Of a stretch of DNA of 64,000 nucleotides, positions 43,735 to 54,902 are shown piece after piece. The stretch covers positions 2,912,001-2,976,000 of the forward strand of contig OY782781.1 in the NCBI GenBank assembly GCA_963678315.1, in the 5' to 3' direction. The stretch's first letter is position 1. Each line of letters begins with the position of its first letter. The DNA comes from Candidatus Cloacimonadales bacterium (GTDB taxonomy: Bacteria; Cloacimonadota; Cloacimonadia; Cloacimonadales; JAFGVF01). The notes below the pieces were generated by a model that saw only the letters and a list, made by a program, of their open reading frames with translations, had not been told where the DNA came from and made no database searches. Made by a program: the position numbers and the translations under genes.

Positions 43735-45375
43735 CTATTTAATCAAGGTAATTTTTTTGTTTACAGTATTTTTTTCAGTAGAAATACGTGTAAAATATAT
43801 ACCAGAAGAGACTTCTTTATTATCATTGTTTTTACCATTCCAAACAATATCATGATAACCAGCTTCCATATTTTCATGACAAAGATTTTTTATTAGCTGT
43901 CCTTTAATATTATATATTGATATTTTAACATTACTTTCTTGTGGCAAACCAAATCTTATTGTGGTTTCTGGGTTAAATGGATTTGGGTAAGCCATAATTT
44001 CTAAAGATGATATTTGTTCAACAATACTGTTGTCATTGCCTACAGTAGTATCAGAAAGGTCTGCATTCCCAGCAAAGACATAAACTTTACCATGCCAAGA
44101 GTTGTTACCACCATAAGGAGCTGAAAAAGCTATATCATCAAAACCATCATTATTAAAATCACCTACAACAATTTCTTTACCAAATCCACCAGTATGTTCA
44201 GGTGATTCAAGAATTAAATCACATATCCCATTGGGATTTTCTCTACCTAACCAAATGCCTCCAATTCCACTTTCAAAAGCATGCTCATCTTTACTTCCAA
44301 CAATATCAGAGTAACCATCATTATTGAAATCCCCGTATCCTGTATGATCTTGTAATACTCCTGCGTCAATTAAATTAGGTCTCAACCAATCTCCATATAG
44401 AGGGAACTCATCGGTATTGAGAATATCTTCTCCACCTAACTTAAGACCAAAACCTATATCTGTAATATCTAAATCACTTGGATATATATAATCATCAAAA
44501 CCATCGTTGTTGTAATCACCAATTCCTCTAGCTCCATTGAAGAAACGCCCCTGAGTAGTTAAATAGAGGAAGTCAAATGGATTAGAAAATCCATCATTCT
44601 CTACATCAAGATGAAACTCTGTAATGTGAGGAAGATCATAGCCGTCTCCAGTATGGGCACAGTGGCCTATTGCGTAATCAACTTGACCATCATTGTTTAT
44701 ATCTCCAAGTCTGCAGAAGTTGTGTGCACTTGCACATGACTGATAATCATATATAGTTTCTATCTCAAAGTTCCCACCGTGCATAAGACATACCATTCTA
44801 TTTCCCCACTCTCTAGTTGTAACCATGGGTATATCATCATAGCCATCATTATCAACATCGCCTATAGTATGAAGTAGTCTATCCTCATACTCATAATCAT
44901 CAGGGCTAACCCAGAAATCATATAGATAATCGGCTTCTAAGTCTGCATCTGGTCCCCCATAATAAAATGAATAACCTGCATGATATTCAACTACATGAAC
45001 ATCACACTCTTCTAATTGCCCTAATGAAGCAAAATCCTCATAACCATCCCCATTTATGTCTCCACAATCATGAAGTCCTCTCCCATATTGTTGAAAATGT
45101 TCTCCTGTTACCATCATATCTGGAACATTGTCAAAATCATCTCCTCCGAAATATACATAGATTCGACCAAACCAATCAGGATAATCATTATAAGTTGACT
45201 CAACTATTAAATCATCTATACCATCGCCATTGAAATCAAGAGATATTATCCCTTTCCCAAAAAGTGAACATTCATAGACCCCTTCCATCTCAGCCATAAT
45301 TTCCAGGATGTTTTCTGATGCTAATGATGATGCGACAAGAATCATTAAGCATGTAACTATTATTTTTATCTTCAT
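43735..45375 (-). CDS. secreted FG-GAP (integrin-alpha-like) beta-propeller protein with FlgD/T9SS-type C-terminal domain
   Basis: Seven GDxN(G/N)DGxDD-type Ca-binding repeats, signal peptide, AYPNPFNPETTI tail. Confidence 0.88.
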   Translation of the reverse strand: MKIKIIVTCLMILVASSLASENILEIMAEMEGVYECSLFGKGIISLDFNGDGIDDLIVESTYNDYPDWFGRIYVYFGGDDFDNVPDMMVTGEHFQQYGRGLHDCGDINGDGYEDFASLGQLEECDVHVVEYHAGYSFYYGGPDADLEADYLYDFWVSPDDYEYEDRLLHTIGDVDNDGYDDIPMVTTREWGNRMVCLMHGGNFEIETIYDYQSCASAHNFCRLGDINNDGQVDYAIGHCAHTGDGYDLPHITEFHLDVENDGFSNPFDFLYLTTQGRFFNGARGIGDYNNDGFDDYIYPSDLDITDIGFGLKLGGEDILNTDEFPLYGDWLRPNLIDAGVLQDHTGYGDFNNDGYSDIVGSKDEHAFESGIGGIWLGRENPNGICDLILESPEHTGGFGKEIVVGDFNNDGFDDIAFSAPYGGNNSWHGKVYVFAGNADLSDTTVGNDNSIVEQISSLEIMAYPNPFNPETTIRFGLPQESNVKISIYNIKGQLIKNLCHENMEAGYHDIVWNGKNNDNKEVSSGIYFTRISTEKNTVNKKITLIK

Positions 45376-45794
45376 ATTGTCTCCTTATTATCCCAGATGA
45401 TGCATTAGACTTCTCGAAAATAGTGCAGATTCTTTTAGCAAAATAATATAGTGCTATTTTAGAAGTTCTAGTGCTTTATTTGGGATTATTTACCTCTAGT
45501 GTCAATTAACTAAACCCAGCTATCTAGACTGTATATGCAAAATACAAGAATTAAGCAAATGCGCCAGTTAACTCATTAACATTATCCTTCACAATTATCA
45601 TATGCAACTCTTGGTGCATTTTCATAATTTACTTGACTTGAATTAACAGCTGTACAATAAAATACTAACAATAATAAAATTATAAATCTGTATCTTTTCA
45701 TATATTCTCCTACTTAGTATACAGATGATTATTGAAAAGTTACCTAAAGGCATCTTAACTTATTAATAGACAGGCAGTAAATAAAGGTCTAGCA

Positions 45795-46775
45795 ATGGAT
45801 AATGTTTTAAAAGAGATTGAGCAAATAGCACGTAGAGTTGCGTGTAATTATTTAGATGGTAATATATACACTGAAGATGTTGTACAAGAAGCATTAATTA
45901 TATTTTACAAAAATAGAGATAAGATTGACTTAGATAATCTTGTAAACTGGACATATACGGTTGTAAAGCACCTATGCCTTAACCTTATAGATAAAGATAA
46001 ACGGAACTTAAAACTAAAGCAAGAAATTGAATTAAATAGACTTGCTGATAAAGAAACTATTATAGACGATTACAACAAACAGACTGTTGATAATTTTCAA
46101 TCAATTTTGGAAGAACTCGACAGCTATACTTTTATAAATGATACAGATAAAAAGATATTAAAGAAGTATCTTCTAAAAGAACAAGGTCTTACCCAACTAA
46201 GTAGAAGCTATAAAATTAAAAAGAGTGTTTTAAAGAAGCGTATATATCAAGCACTTAGGGAGATTAAATTCTTTGAAATGTTATCAAAAGATGTTGTGGA
46301 TTTTAATACTATTCCTGGAACTAAGATGCATACTAACGTAAGTAATTTCTTAAAGGCTCTGGAAAAAGCTCTAATAGATAATAATTTAAGTATTTTAAAA
46401 AACTATCTCAGATATGCGATTATTCATGATACCATAGCTAAAATAAATCTAAAACAGATAGTCGGTCATAGAATATCACTATTAAAAAATGATTCTTATA
46501 GGTTAACAATTACTTATCAAGATAACAATGACAACTATAAAGTGTTTGGTATTAAATACTCTATCTTAGATAACAAAAGGATTTCAGTAGATGAAATTCC
46601 AATATTTCCTAAAAGTGTAAAACTAATAAGTCAAGAATATGCTGAAGGCAAGAAGGGCTTAAAGATGTTAACTAGCAAAAGAGGTATATACAACGGTAGA
46701 CTAGGTGGTTTAGACGGCAAGATAGATAGAACAATTGGAAAAGTAATTCAGGATAAATCTGACTTTGTTGAATAA
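45795..46775 (+). CDS. ECF-like sigma70 factor with long C-terminal extension
   Basis: EDVVQEA...NWTYTVVKHLCLN region-2 pattern, region-4-like HTH (LTQLSRSYKIKKSVLKKRIYQA), then ~160 extra residues. Confidence 0.7.
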   Translation: MDNVLKEIEQIARRVACNYLDGNIYTEDVVQEALIIFYKNRDKIDLDNLVNWTYTVVKHLCLNLIDKDKRNLKLKQEIELNRLADKETIIDDYNKQTVDNFQSILEELDSYTFINDTDKKILKKYLLKEQGLTQLSRSYKIKKSVLKKRIYQALREIKFFEMLSKDVVDFNTIPGTKMHTNVSNFLKALEKALIDNNLSILKNYLRYAIIHDTIAKINLKQIVGHRISLLKNDSYRLTITYQDNNDNYKVFGIKYSILDNKRISVDEIPIFPKSVKLISQEYAEGKKGLKMLTSKRGIYNGRLGGLDGKIDRTIGKVIQDKSDFVE

Positions 46776-47229
46776 CTTATTCTTGGTTAATCTTTCGGAT
46801 GGAGTCTTTCCTTCCAATTAACTAAAGCATTCTATCCGAAGTCTAGCTAACATTATCAATTAGCATTTCTTCCTCTCATCACCCACGATTGAAATCATGG
46901 TCTCTGAAGAGATATGTTCTTCCAGGACAATACAATCTCTTAGCGTAAGCATGAACTTTCTTGTTCAGCCTAACGGCGGATGCTTACACTCCATTTTCTG
47001 AGACGTTTTTCCAAACGTCTCTACAAATTCACTTATAACTACGTTCTAAGTGAAGCCAGCACAGAGGCTAGCGATCCAATTATGTCATTCCTCACCCCTC
47101 ACTCCTAACTCCTAACTTACTGGTCTCCTTGAAAAAAAGCCGATTTTTCAAGGGGCAAGTAAGGATGTAGAGACCTTAGGAAAAACGTCTCAAGCCAGCT
47201 CGGAAGGCTGGCGATCCTAATTAAGTTTG

Positions 47230-48006
47230 TCATTGATTTAAGTAATTAACTGCTTCCTTAATTGTCATAATCTTTAAGTCATTACGACATAAATAGTCCA
47301 TAATTTCTCTGAAGTTATTTATGGTACAGACATCAGGGCCTAAATTAATATCATCATAAACTCGATGAAAGCCCAAGATAATTAGATCTTCATTATTATT
47401 TATGCCTGTTGTAATTCTATCAATTACATCCCGATAAGAATACTCTGAGCTATAAAAGAAGTAACCTAAGTCATATTGATTTAATGGTACCTTCATTCTT
47501 TGATCTAGACTTGTACGAATAATTGGGAAGTACTTTTTTAACATTTCTCTTTGTTCAAAAGTAGCGTGTCCGTTAGGCAAGGAAAATCCACTTGGCTTAA
47601 GTCCATGTTCTTGAAAATTAGCTAAATCAGTTTCAATATCTCGGATAAACTCTTGGTTAGTGTAATCTTCTAAGTGATTGTGATTAAGAGAATGAGCAAA
47701 AACTTCCCATTCATAATCATTGGTAAGTTCTGTAAGTTGTTGCCAGGACATGTGTCCATACTTATTCATTCCACCAGAATAGACTGTATTTGACGCTACA
47801 AGCCTGCAATTGTATCTTGTGGCATATTCTTGCATAATTGGTAAAGCCTTGGTATAAGTTGAGACATGCTCATCATCGAAACTTATCACTATTATAGGTT
47901 TATTAGTAGTCTGTGGTTGAACTATATCACAAGAAGTCAAAATTAATACTAAGCTAATTAAAATTAAGCTCAATTTGCATGCCTGCATCATAATATGAGT
48001 CTCCAT
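47230..48006 (-). CDS. polysaccharide deacetylase (CE4) lipoprotein; start uncertain
   Basis: ISFDD, AHSLNH, LPNG, LGFHRV motifs; lipobox ILTSC. Confidence 0.8.
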   Translation of the reverse strand: METHIMMQACKLSLILISLVLILTSCDIVQPQTTNKPIIVISFDDEHVSTYTKALPIMQEYATRYNCRLVASNTVYSGGMNKYGHMSWQQLTELTNDYEWEVFAHSLNHNHLEDYTNQEFIRDIETDLANFQEHGLKPSGFSLPNGHATFEQREMLKKYFPIIRTSLDQRMKVPLNQYDLGYFFYSSEYSYRDVIDRITTGINNNEDLIILGFHRVYDDINLGPDVCTINNFREIMDYLCRNDLKIMTIKEAVNYLNQ

Positions 48007-48982
48007 AAGGTGGATTAGTAAGGGTTGAATTTACACCAATATTGAAAAATTCAGATAGCTGGTACTTAATAATTGCCATATTTTGGCAAGTTTGTTCAGA
48101 AAAAATAGAAGATCTTTTGTTAATCAGATTTATTTGCATGTGTCCCATTCTGTAAACCAAAGCTAAAGCAAAGCCTTGCTCATTATCCCAATCATTAGGT
48201 CCATCAGAATAATCTGTTAACTTATAATATGCGAGCAAGTCTATTCTCTTGTTTAAGAGTTCTTTTACACTTCCTTCGATGAAGTATCTATTAACAAAGT
48301 ATTTTCCCTCTTCATAATCATTGTCTATCAAATTGAGGTCAGCTGCTAATTTTATACTGAAATGCTGACTAGCTAACTTATTCTTTAAGATAAAATGGTG
48401 ATTAAACTGATTATAGATTTCATCTCTACCTGTATTTATATAGTTTGCTGTAAAATCAAAAAAGTCACTTTTAATGTTATACAAGAAGCTAAATATCCCA
48501 GTATCTAATTGATTACCTCCAAGATTCATTATGACACTATGCCCACCCTTATGAAAATGGACTACAGCCCCATTAAATCGAATATTACTCAAAACATCTT
48601 GATTAAAATAAGGTAATCGAGGACTTAAAGATTCTACTTCAGATTTAAATGAATATTCCATGTCAGTTAACTCATAACCTATCTTAAAGTCTTTGTACTT
48701 ATAGTAATATTTCAGCTGATTAAGTTCAAGATCTGTGTTCTTTAACTCTTCCTTATTAAGTAAAACAAGACTGAGATAATTACTGTCATATTCAAGCTTA
48801 TATCCCAATTCAATTCTTTTGCTATCAAGGTAAGTATATTGACAATTGCTCTGCTTGTTTTCATTTATTTCAAGAGCTGAAAAAGCAAAAGCTTTAACAT
48901 AAATGTCATCTTTTAGATTTATACCAAAAGAACAAAGCTGACTAACATAAGCAAATATAATTAATATAAGTATTCTTTTCAC
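47954..48982 (-). CDS. putative outer-membrane beta-barrel protein
   Basis: Signal peptide, alternating aromatic/hydrophobic strands, near-terminal Phe. Confidence 0.55.
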   Translation of the reverse strand: MKRILILIIFAYVSQLCSFGINLKDDIYVKAFAFSALEINENKQSNCQYTYLDSKRIELGYKLEYDSNYLSLVLLNKEELKNTDLELNQLKYYYKYKDFKIGYELTDMEYSFKSEVESLSPRLPYFNQDVLSNIRFNGAVVHFHKGGHSVIMNLGGNQLDTGIFSFLYNIKSDFFDFTANYINTGRDEIYNQFNHHFILKNKLASQHFSIKLAADLNLIDNDYEEGKYFVNRYFIEGSVKELLNKRIDLLAYYKLTDYSDGPNDWDNEQGFALALVYRMGHMQINLINKRSSIFSEQTCQNMAIIKYQLSEFFNIGVNSTLTNPPYGDSYYDAGMQIELNFN

Positions 48983-49213
48983 TATAACTCCTTGAACTAA
49001 TTAAAAGTGTTTAATTTATATTGTAAATAAAAAATAAGTTGGTAAGCGTTTTATATATCATTAAATACGATTATATATATGTCTCTTACATTATTATATA
49101 AATCAAAGACTGCTAAATAATTCTTTATTTTGTGTTAAGTCTAAGAAGAAATTTGACAAATGCATGTATCTGATTTTATCTAGTAATGTAATTTTTACTT
49201 TCAAGAGGTGATA

Positions 49214-51181
49214 ATGACTATTAATAAAATACAAGATTCGGAGCTTCCTTTTTTAGGATTGCTATCTGAAAAATTCCCTAATATTGCTAGTGCAAGCACA
49301 GAGATTATTAACTTATCAGCAATACTAAATTTACCCAAAGGAACTGAGCATTTCCTTTCTGATATACATGGTGAATTTGATTCTTTTCAACATGTTTTAC
49401 GAAATGCTTCTGGAGTTATAAGAAATAAAGTTAAATCCCTTTTTGAGATGCACCTTACTGAATCTGAAATTGGAGAATTATGTTTCTTAGTTTATTATCC
49501 TGAGGAAATACTGAAAACAGCATTAAGCACACAAGAGTCAATCATGGATTGGTACACTGTAAACCTTTATAGATTAATTTTACTCTGTAAAGAATCTACT
49601 TCAAAATATACCAGATCAAAAGTTAGAAAAGCTCTTCCTAAAGAATTTGCTTACATTATTGACGAGCTTCTCTATGAACATGCAGAAAATAAACATGAGT
49701 ATTATACTCAAATCATTAAAGCAATAATAGAATATGGCCAAGCAGAACCTTTCATTATCCAAATAGCTAAACTAATCCAACGTTTTTCAATCGACCATCT
49801 ACATATAATTGGAGATATTTTCGACAGAGGACCTAGCCCACACCTAATCATGGATATGCTAGCTAAACATCACTCACTTGATATCCAATGGGGAAACCAT
49901 GATATACTATGGATGGGGGCAGGTGCTGGATCAGAAGCTTGTATTGCTAATGTTCTTAGAATTAGCCTCAGATATGGCAATCTAGAAACTATTGAAGATG
50001 GATATGGAATTAACCTTCGTCCTCTTTGGAACTTCGCTACTGAAACATATAAAGAAGATCCTTGCCTAGAGTTTTACCCAAAAAATAAAGAAGAACTTTC
50101 TGATGAGTTGGCTATTAACTTAGCTAAAGTTGCTAAGGCTATCACAATTATTCAACTTAAACTTGAATCACAACTGATTAAAAGAAGACCTCTCTTCGAT
50201 ATGAATGATAGACTTTTACTTAATTGTGTCGACTACAAGCAAGGAACTATTAATATTCAAGATAAAACTTATCAGCTAACAAGCTGTAACTTCCCTACTA
50301 TCGATCCTGATAACCCTGGTAAATTAAGCAAGAAAGAAAAAGATATTGTTGAACAATTAAGATCTGCTTTTATTCAAAATGATAAGCTTCAATCTCATGT
50401 AAGATTGTTATATTCTCGTGGTTCTCTTTATAAAATTCACAATAACAATCTGCTTTTCCATGGTTGCATACTTCTGAATGATGATAAAACTCTAAAAGAA
50501 CTTACAATTCAAGGTAAAGAATACTCTGGCAAAGCCTTAATGGACAAGTTTGAGAAACTTGCAAGACAGGGCTATATGTCTAAAGATAGCAACAAAAAGT
50601 CTTATGGAAAGGATATTATGTGGTATCTTTGGTCAGGAATGGATTCTCCCCTCTTCGGAAAGACTAAAATGGCAACTTTCGAAAGACTCTTCATAAATGA
50701 TAAAGAAACTCACAAAGAAGAAAAGAATCCATATTATAGCTATAGAAATGAGGAAGCGACCTGTAAAATGATAATTAGAGAGTTTGGCTTAGACCCTGAT
50801 TCTTCTCATATCATTAATGGTCATGTTCCTGTTAAAACTATTGCTGGTGAATCCCCTGTAAAAGCAAATGGTAAATTGATAGTCATTGATGGTGGACTAT
50901 CAAAAGCTTATCAAAAAGTTACCGGTATTGCTGGCTACACACTTATAGCGAATTCTCATGGGCTTACCCTTACTGCTCATCAACCATTTGTATCTCAACA
51001 AGAAGCAATTTCTAAGAGAATAGACATTGAATCCCAGCGTTCTATCCTTGAAACTTCCAAACAAAGAATAAGAGTTAAAGATACAGATACTGGAAAAAAA
51101 CTACAAGAACAGATTAATAATATTAAGAAACTTTTGATAGCTTATAGGTCAGGAGATTTCCCTGAAATAAAAAGTTTATGA
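49214..51181 (+). CDS. fbp: fructose-1,6-bisphosphatase class III
   Basis: ILNLPKGTEHFLSDIHGE, GDIFDRG, QWGNHD, IINGHVPV, IDGGLSKAY. Confidence 0.95.
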   Translation: MTINKIQDSELPFLGLLSEKFPNIASASTEIINLSAILNLPKGTEHFLSDIHGEFDSFQHVLRNASGVIRNKVKSLFEMHLTESEIGELCFLVYYPEEILKTALSTQESIMDWYTVNLYRLILLCKESTSKYTRSKVRKALPKEFAYIIDELLYEHAENKHEYYTQIIKAIIEYGQAEPFIIQIAKLIQRFSIDHLHIIGDIFDRGPSPHLIMDMLAKHHSLDIQWGNHDILWMGAGAGSEACIANVLRISLRYGNLETIEDGYGINLRPLWNFATETYKEDPCLEFYPKNKEELSDELAINLAKVAKAITIIQLKLESQLIKRRPLFDMNDRLLLNCVDYKQGTINIQDKTYQLTSCNFPTIDPDNPGKLSKKEKDIVEQLRSAFIQNDKLQSHVRLLYSRGSLYKIHNNNLLFHGCILLNDDKTLKELTIQGKEYSGKALMDKFEKLARQGYMSKDSNKKSYGKDIMWYLWSGMDSPLFGKTKMATFERLFINDKETHKEEKNPYYSYRNEEATCKMIIREFGLDPDSSHIINGHVPVKTIAGESPVKANGKLIVIDGGLSKAYQKVTGIAGYTLIANSHGLTLTAHQPFVSQQEAISKRIDIESQRSILETSKQRIRVKDTDTGKKLQEQINNIKKLLIAYRSGDFPEIKSL

Positions 51182-51380
51182 ATTTAAGAAAAATTGTTGA
51201 ATTGTTAACAAAAAAATATATTTACTTATAAAAAAAAGTGTTTGACAAATTAATACTACTATTGAAGTTGTTATAATAGTCTTATTTTATGCAATAGAAT
51301 AGGTGTAGTAAGAGTTCTAAACGACTTAATATAAATATTTTATTAGTAAAAGCTTATTTTATAATGATAAGGAGAAATCT

Positions 51381-54242
51381 ATGCACAGAAACCAGCACAA
51401 GACATGGTCGATATTGTTACTATGTTTAACTGCTTTAGTTTTTTCTTTTAATCTTCATGCATCTGATGCAAAAGAAGTTAAAATTGAGAACTTCAAAGTG
51501 GAGGATATCCCTGGTGATCGCGGTAATGGTTTGATTCTAAAATGGAAACCACTATCAGATGATCTAAGGATTATGGAATATAGAGTATATCGTGGAACCA
51601 CAAAAGATGCTCTATACTATTTAGGAACCGTTGCTTTAAACCCAGATGTGGGATTTAAAGGTGACACATTAACTTTTTCAGATCAAGGTTGGAAACCTTT
51701 CGTTGATAAAACTTGTCCAGGCTCTAGAGTAGTCGACAAAAATGTTGAATCAACTGAAGCAACTTTCTACGGAACCATGCAAAAAGGTTACCCAAGAGAT
51801 CTTGATATTCTTGCTCAAGAAAATGGAAAACTACAATTTTTAACTCAGATTGACAGAGGAATCTACTATAGTAAAGGTAAAATGGTACAAGAAGATTCTA
51901 CTACTGTTTTATCAAGCTATCCAATTGGTAATGTAAGTGTTCTTGCACAAATAATACCAGATAGCACTTACTATTATAGTGTAGTTCCTGTTAATGAAAA
52001 CAGAAGATATTATTCTCCATCAGAAATTGTTAGTGGCTCTCCTATAGCTAATCCATATTTTAGACCTGCTAAGGATTTTTATGGTGCATTAATAACAGAT
52101 GAAGATACAAATGAAAAGACTCTAAACTTTGAATGGGATTATCATTCAGATTCTTCATTACCTTTAACAAAAATTTATTTATTTGATGCTTATTGGGATG
52201 ATGTTGCTACTGATATTAAATATAAAGATCAGGCTAAGAGAATTCCTTATTCAAATTCATATAATACTCTTTTCACTCCTATTGTTCTTCCTATTACATC
52301 ATCAGAAAATAGACAAAGCTATAAACTAGAACAAATTGAAGATAATTACTGCTTCATGACTGGTAATGATACTATTATTATTGATGTTGATAATATTGAA
52401 AAATATACTGTAGCTATCGTTGGTACTCTTCAAGGTGAAGATTATCTTTATTATTTAGAAGAAAACGAAAACCTTAATTCTGGAATAAATTATAAAGAGA
52501 TAGTAAGATATACTACTGCTGATTTACCTCAAGTTAAAGAAGTAACAGTATCAGATAAACCTAATGATAAAGGTGATACACAAGTATTAGTATGGGAAAA
52601 ACCAACTATTGAGATTACTAAAACCAATTTCTCTAACAAACTTGGTTCTTACCTAATTGTTAACTATGAGTACTATGAATCAGAAGCTGAAAAGATTAAA
52701 TCTGTTAACTTTGATTTCATGTATGATGATAATGATGAAGTTATAATGTCTTACAATGAGTTCTATCTTAACAATATTATTAAGATGTCATTACCTGAAG
52801 AATATGACAATCATAACTTAATTGTTAAAATGACTATTACAACTAACAATAAAGAAACAGAACCTTATTCAATTATTCAGTATTTAAACTATGATGAAAT
52901 CATGAAATCACTAAATCCTGGTGATATTTTCAAAGATGGTTTAAACCTTAGAGATTTCACTTATGATATATATGCTAAATCTCAAAGACCTAACTTTGGT
53001 CTTATTAAAACAAGAACACCTGGTAAAACAAACAATTACCCTGATGTAATTAGTTATGAAGATAAGATTACTACTTTAGTTCATAGATTTGATGTTGAAA
53101 CAAAAGGTATTTTAATTGCTTCTGATCTTACAGTTTTTTATGATACTCAATCAGAAATGTCATTAGAATTAAGTCCTTTCTCTGAAATTGCTCAAGGTCA
53201 GATGGACAAGCAACTTGCTCAACTTGAAAAACAAGCAGAGACAAACGAAAAAGCTCAACTTTTCAAAACAAACATCATGTACATTAAAGAGTTTCTTGAT
53301 ACTAACCCATCAGACTCAAAATGGATGTCATTTGTTAAGAAGCAAAGAGATAAATCTCTTCGTCAAAGAGCTTATAAAATGGTTGCTACCAATTCAAAAG
53401 GTTTATTTGTAGATTACAAATTACCTCAAGATGAACAAGGTAATGATATTTACTTCATGCCTGTATCAAACGACTTTGACTATACAAAGTGGCCAATGCT
53501 TTTAGCTACAATCATTTTCGGTTTATTAGTTGCTGTAATGGTTTCTATGGCTAAACGTGGTAAAGATTTATATATCAGACCTATCGCAGGTATTCAAGAA
53601 ATTGACAATGCTATCGGTCGTGCTACAGAGATGGGACGTCCAATCCTATTCGTACCTGGTATGTCATCAATTAGTGCAGTTGCAACACTTGCTGCTTTAT
53701 CTATATTGGGTAAAGTTGCTAAGAAAGCTGCAGAATATGATACAAGAATCATTGTACCTTGTAAAGACTTCATCGTGATGCCTATTGCTCAAGAAATTGT
53801 TAAAGAATCACATATTGAAGCTGGTAGACCTGATACTTATGATAAGAACTCAGTGTTCTTCATTACTCAATCACAATTTGCTTATGTGGCTGGTGTTAAT
53901 GGTATCATGATTCGTGAAAAGACTGCTACAAACTTCTACATGGGACAATACTTCGCTGAATCACTTCTTATGACAGAAACTGGTAACACTACTGGTGCTA
54001 TCCAGATTGCTGGTACTGACTCAGTTACTCAAATCCCATTCTTTATTACTACTTGTGACTATACTCTAATTGGTGAAGAGTTATATGCTGCTTCAGCTTA
54101 TATGTCTAAAGAACCAATGATTTTGGGTACTCTTAAAGCTCAGGATTATTTCAAGTTTATCATCTTGTTCTTCGTGATTGTTGGAACTATTCTTTCAACT
54201 GCACAAGTAACATTCCTACTTGATATATTCCCAACTAAATAG
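51381..54242 (+). CDS. secreted FN3-like ectodomain plus membrane-anchored DUF6754-like domain
   Basis: Signal peptide; D(I/K)PxDxG..LxW repeats; TM helix followed by YIRPIAGIQEIDNAIGRATEMGRP and TLIGEELYAASAY. Confidence 0.7.
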   Translation: MHRNQHKTWSILLLCLTALVFSFNLHASDAKEVKIENFKVEDIPGDRGNGLILKWKPLSDDLRIMEYRVYRGTTKDALYYLGTVALNPDVGFKGDTLTFSDQGWKPFVDKTCPGSRVVDKNVESTEATFYGTMQKGYPRDLDILAQENGKLQFLTQIDRGIYYSKGKMVQEDSTTVLSSYPIGNVSVLAQIIPDSTYYYSVVPVNENRRYYSPSEIVSGSPIANPYFRPAKDFYGALITDEDTNEKTLNFEWDYHSDSSLPLTKIYLFDAYWDDVATDIKYKDQAKRIPYSNSYNTLFTPIVLPITSSENRQSYKLEQIEDNYCFMTGNDTIIIDVDNIEKYTVAIVGTLQGEDYLYYLEENENLNSGINYKEIVRYTTADLPQVKEVTVSDKPNDKGDTQVLVWEKPTIEITKTNFSNKLGSYLIVNYEYYESEAEKIKSVNFDFMYDDNDEVIMSYNEFYLNNIIKMSLPEEYDNHNLIVKMTITTNNKETEPYSIIQYLNYDEIMKSLNPGDIFKDGLNLRDFTYDIYAKSQRPNFGLIKTRTPGKTNNYPDVISYEDKITTLVHRFDVETKGILIASDLTVFYDTQSEMSLELSPFSEIAQGQMDKQLAQLEKQAETNEKAQLFKTNIMYIKEFLDTNPSDSKWMSFVKKQRDKSLRQRAYKMVATNSKGLFVDYKLPQDEQGNDIYFMPVSNDFDYTKWPMLLATIIFGLLVAVMVSMAKRGKDLYIRPIAGIQEIDNAIGRATEMGRPILFVPGMSSISAVATLAALSILGKVAKKAAEYDTRIIVPCKDFIVMPIAQEIVKESHIEAGRPDTYDKNSVFFITQSQFAYVAGVNGIMIREKTATNFYMGQYFAESLLMTETGNTTGAIQIAGTDSVTQIPFFITTCDYTLIGEELYAASAYMSKEPMILGTLKAQDYFKFIILFFVIVGTILSTAQVTFLLDIFPTK

Positions 54243-54252
54243 GAGAAAATAA

Positions 54253-54891
54253 ATGAAGAAAAATATACCTTTAGCGATAGTTATCCTACTTGGATTCGTA
54301 TTTGTTGGTTGGACTCTTATTCCAGCTAAATGGATGCAAGATGATTTCTATTTTGCTTTCCAAGAATTTTCTAAAACTATGTCACCATTTGCTGCATTTT
54401 TGGGTATTTACTCATTAGTATCAGTTAACTGGGCTAAGATTAGAATGAAAGCTCCTAAATGGGGTTACTCAGTTGTTACTCTTGCAGGTCTTGTAATCAC
54501 AGCTACTGTTGGTTTCATGTGGGGTGTAAAAGCTGGTACTCCTGCAATGTGGATATTCAAAAACATTCAAATGCCTATGAGTGCAACAATGTTCTCATTA
54601 CTTGCATTCTACATGGCAACTGCTGCTTATAAATCATTTAGAGCACGTTCAGCTGAAGCTACAGTTCTTTTAGTAGCAGCTGTTATTGTTATGCTCGGTC
54701 AAGTTCCTCTTGGAATGACTTTAACCAAAAGCTGGCCTATTAATATTCTAGACATTTCACAATGGATTATGGATGTACCTAACTTAGCATCTAAAAGAGG
54801 AATTGCTCTAGGTGTTGGTTTAGGATCTGTGGCTACAGCACTTAAAATCCTCCTTGGTATTGAAAGAACATACCTTGGTGGTGGAGACTAG
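54253..54891 (+). CDS. polytopic membrane protein
   Basis: About six hydrophobic segments; TMFSLLAFYMATAAYKSFR, KILLGIER; AGGAG RBS. Confidence 0.75.
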   Translation: MKKNIPLAIVILLGFVFVGWTLIPAKWMQDDFYFAFQEFSKTMSPFAAFLGIYSLVSVNWAKIRMKAPKWGYSVVTLAGLVITATVGFMWGVKAGTPAMWIFKNIQMPMSATMFSLLAFYMATAAYKSFRARSAEATVLLVAAVIVMLGQVPLGMTLTKSWPINILDISQWIMDVPNLASKRGIALGVGLGSVATALKILLGIERTYLGGGD

Positions 54892-54902
54892 AGGAGGAAT
54901 TA

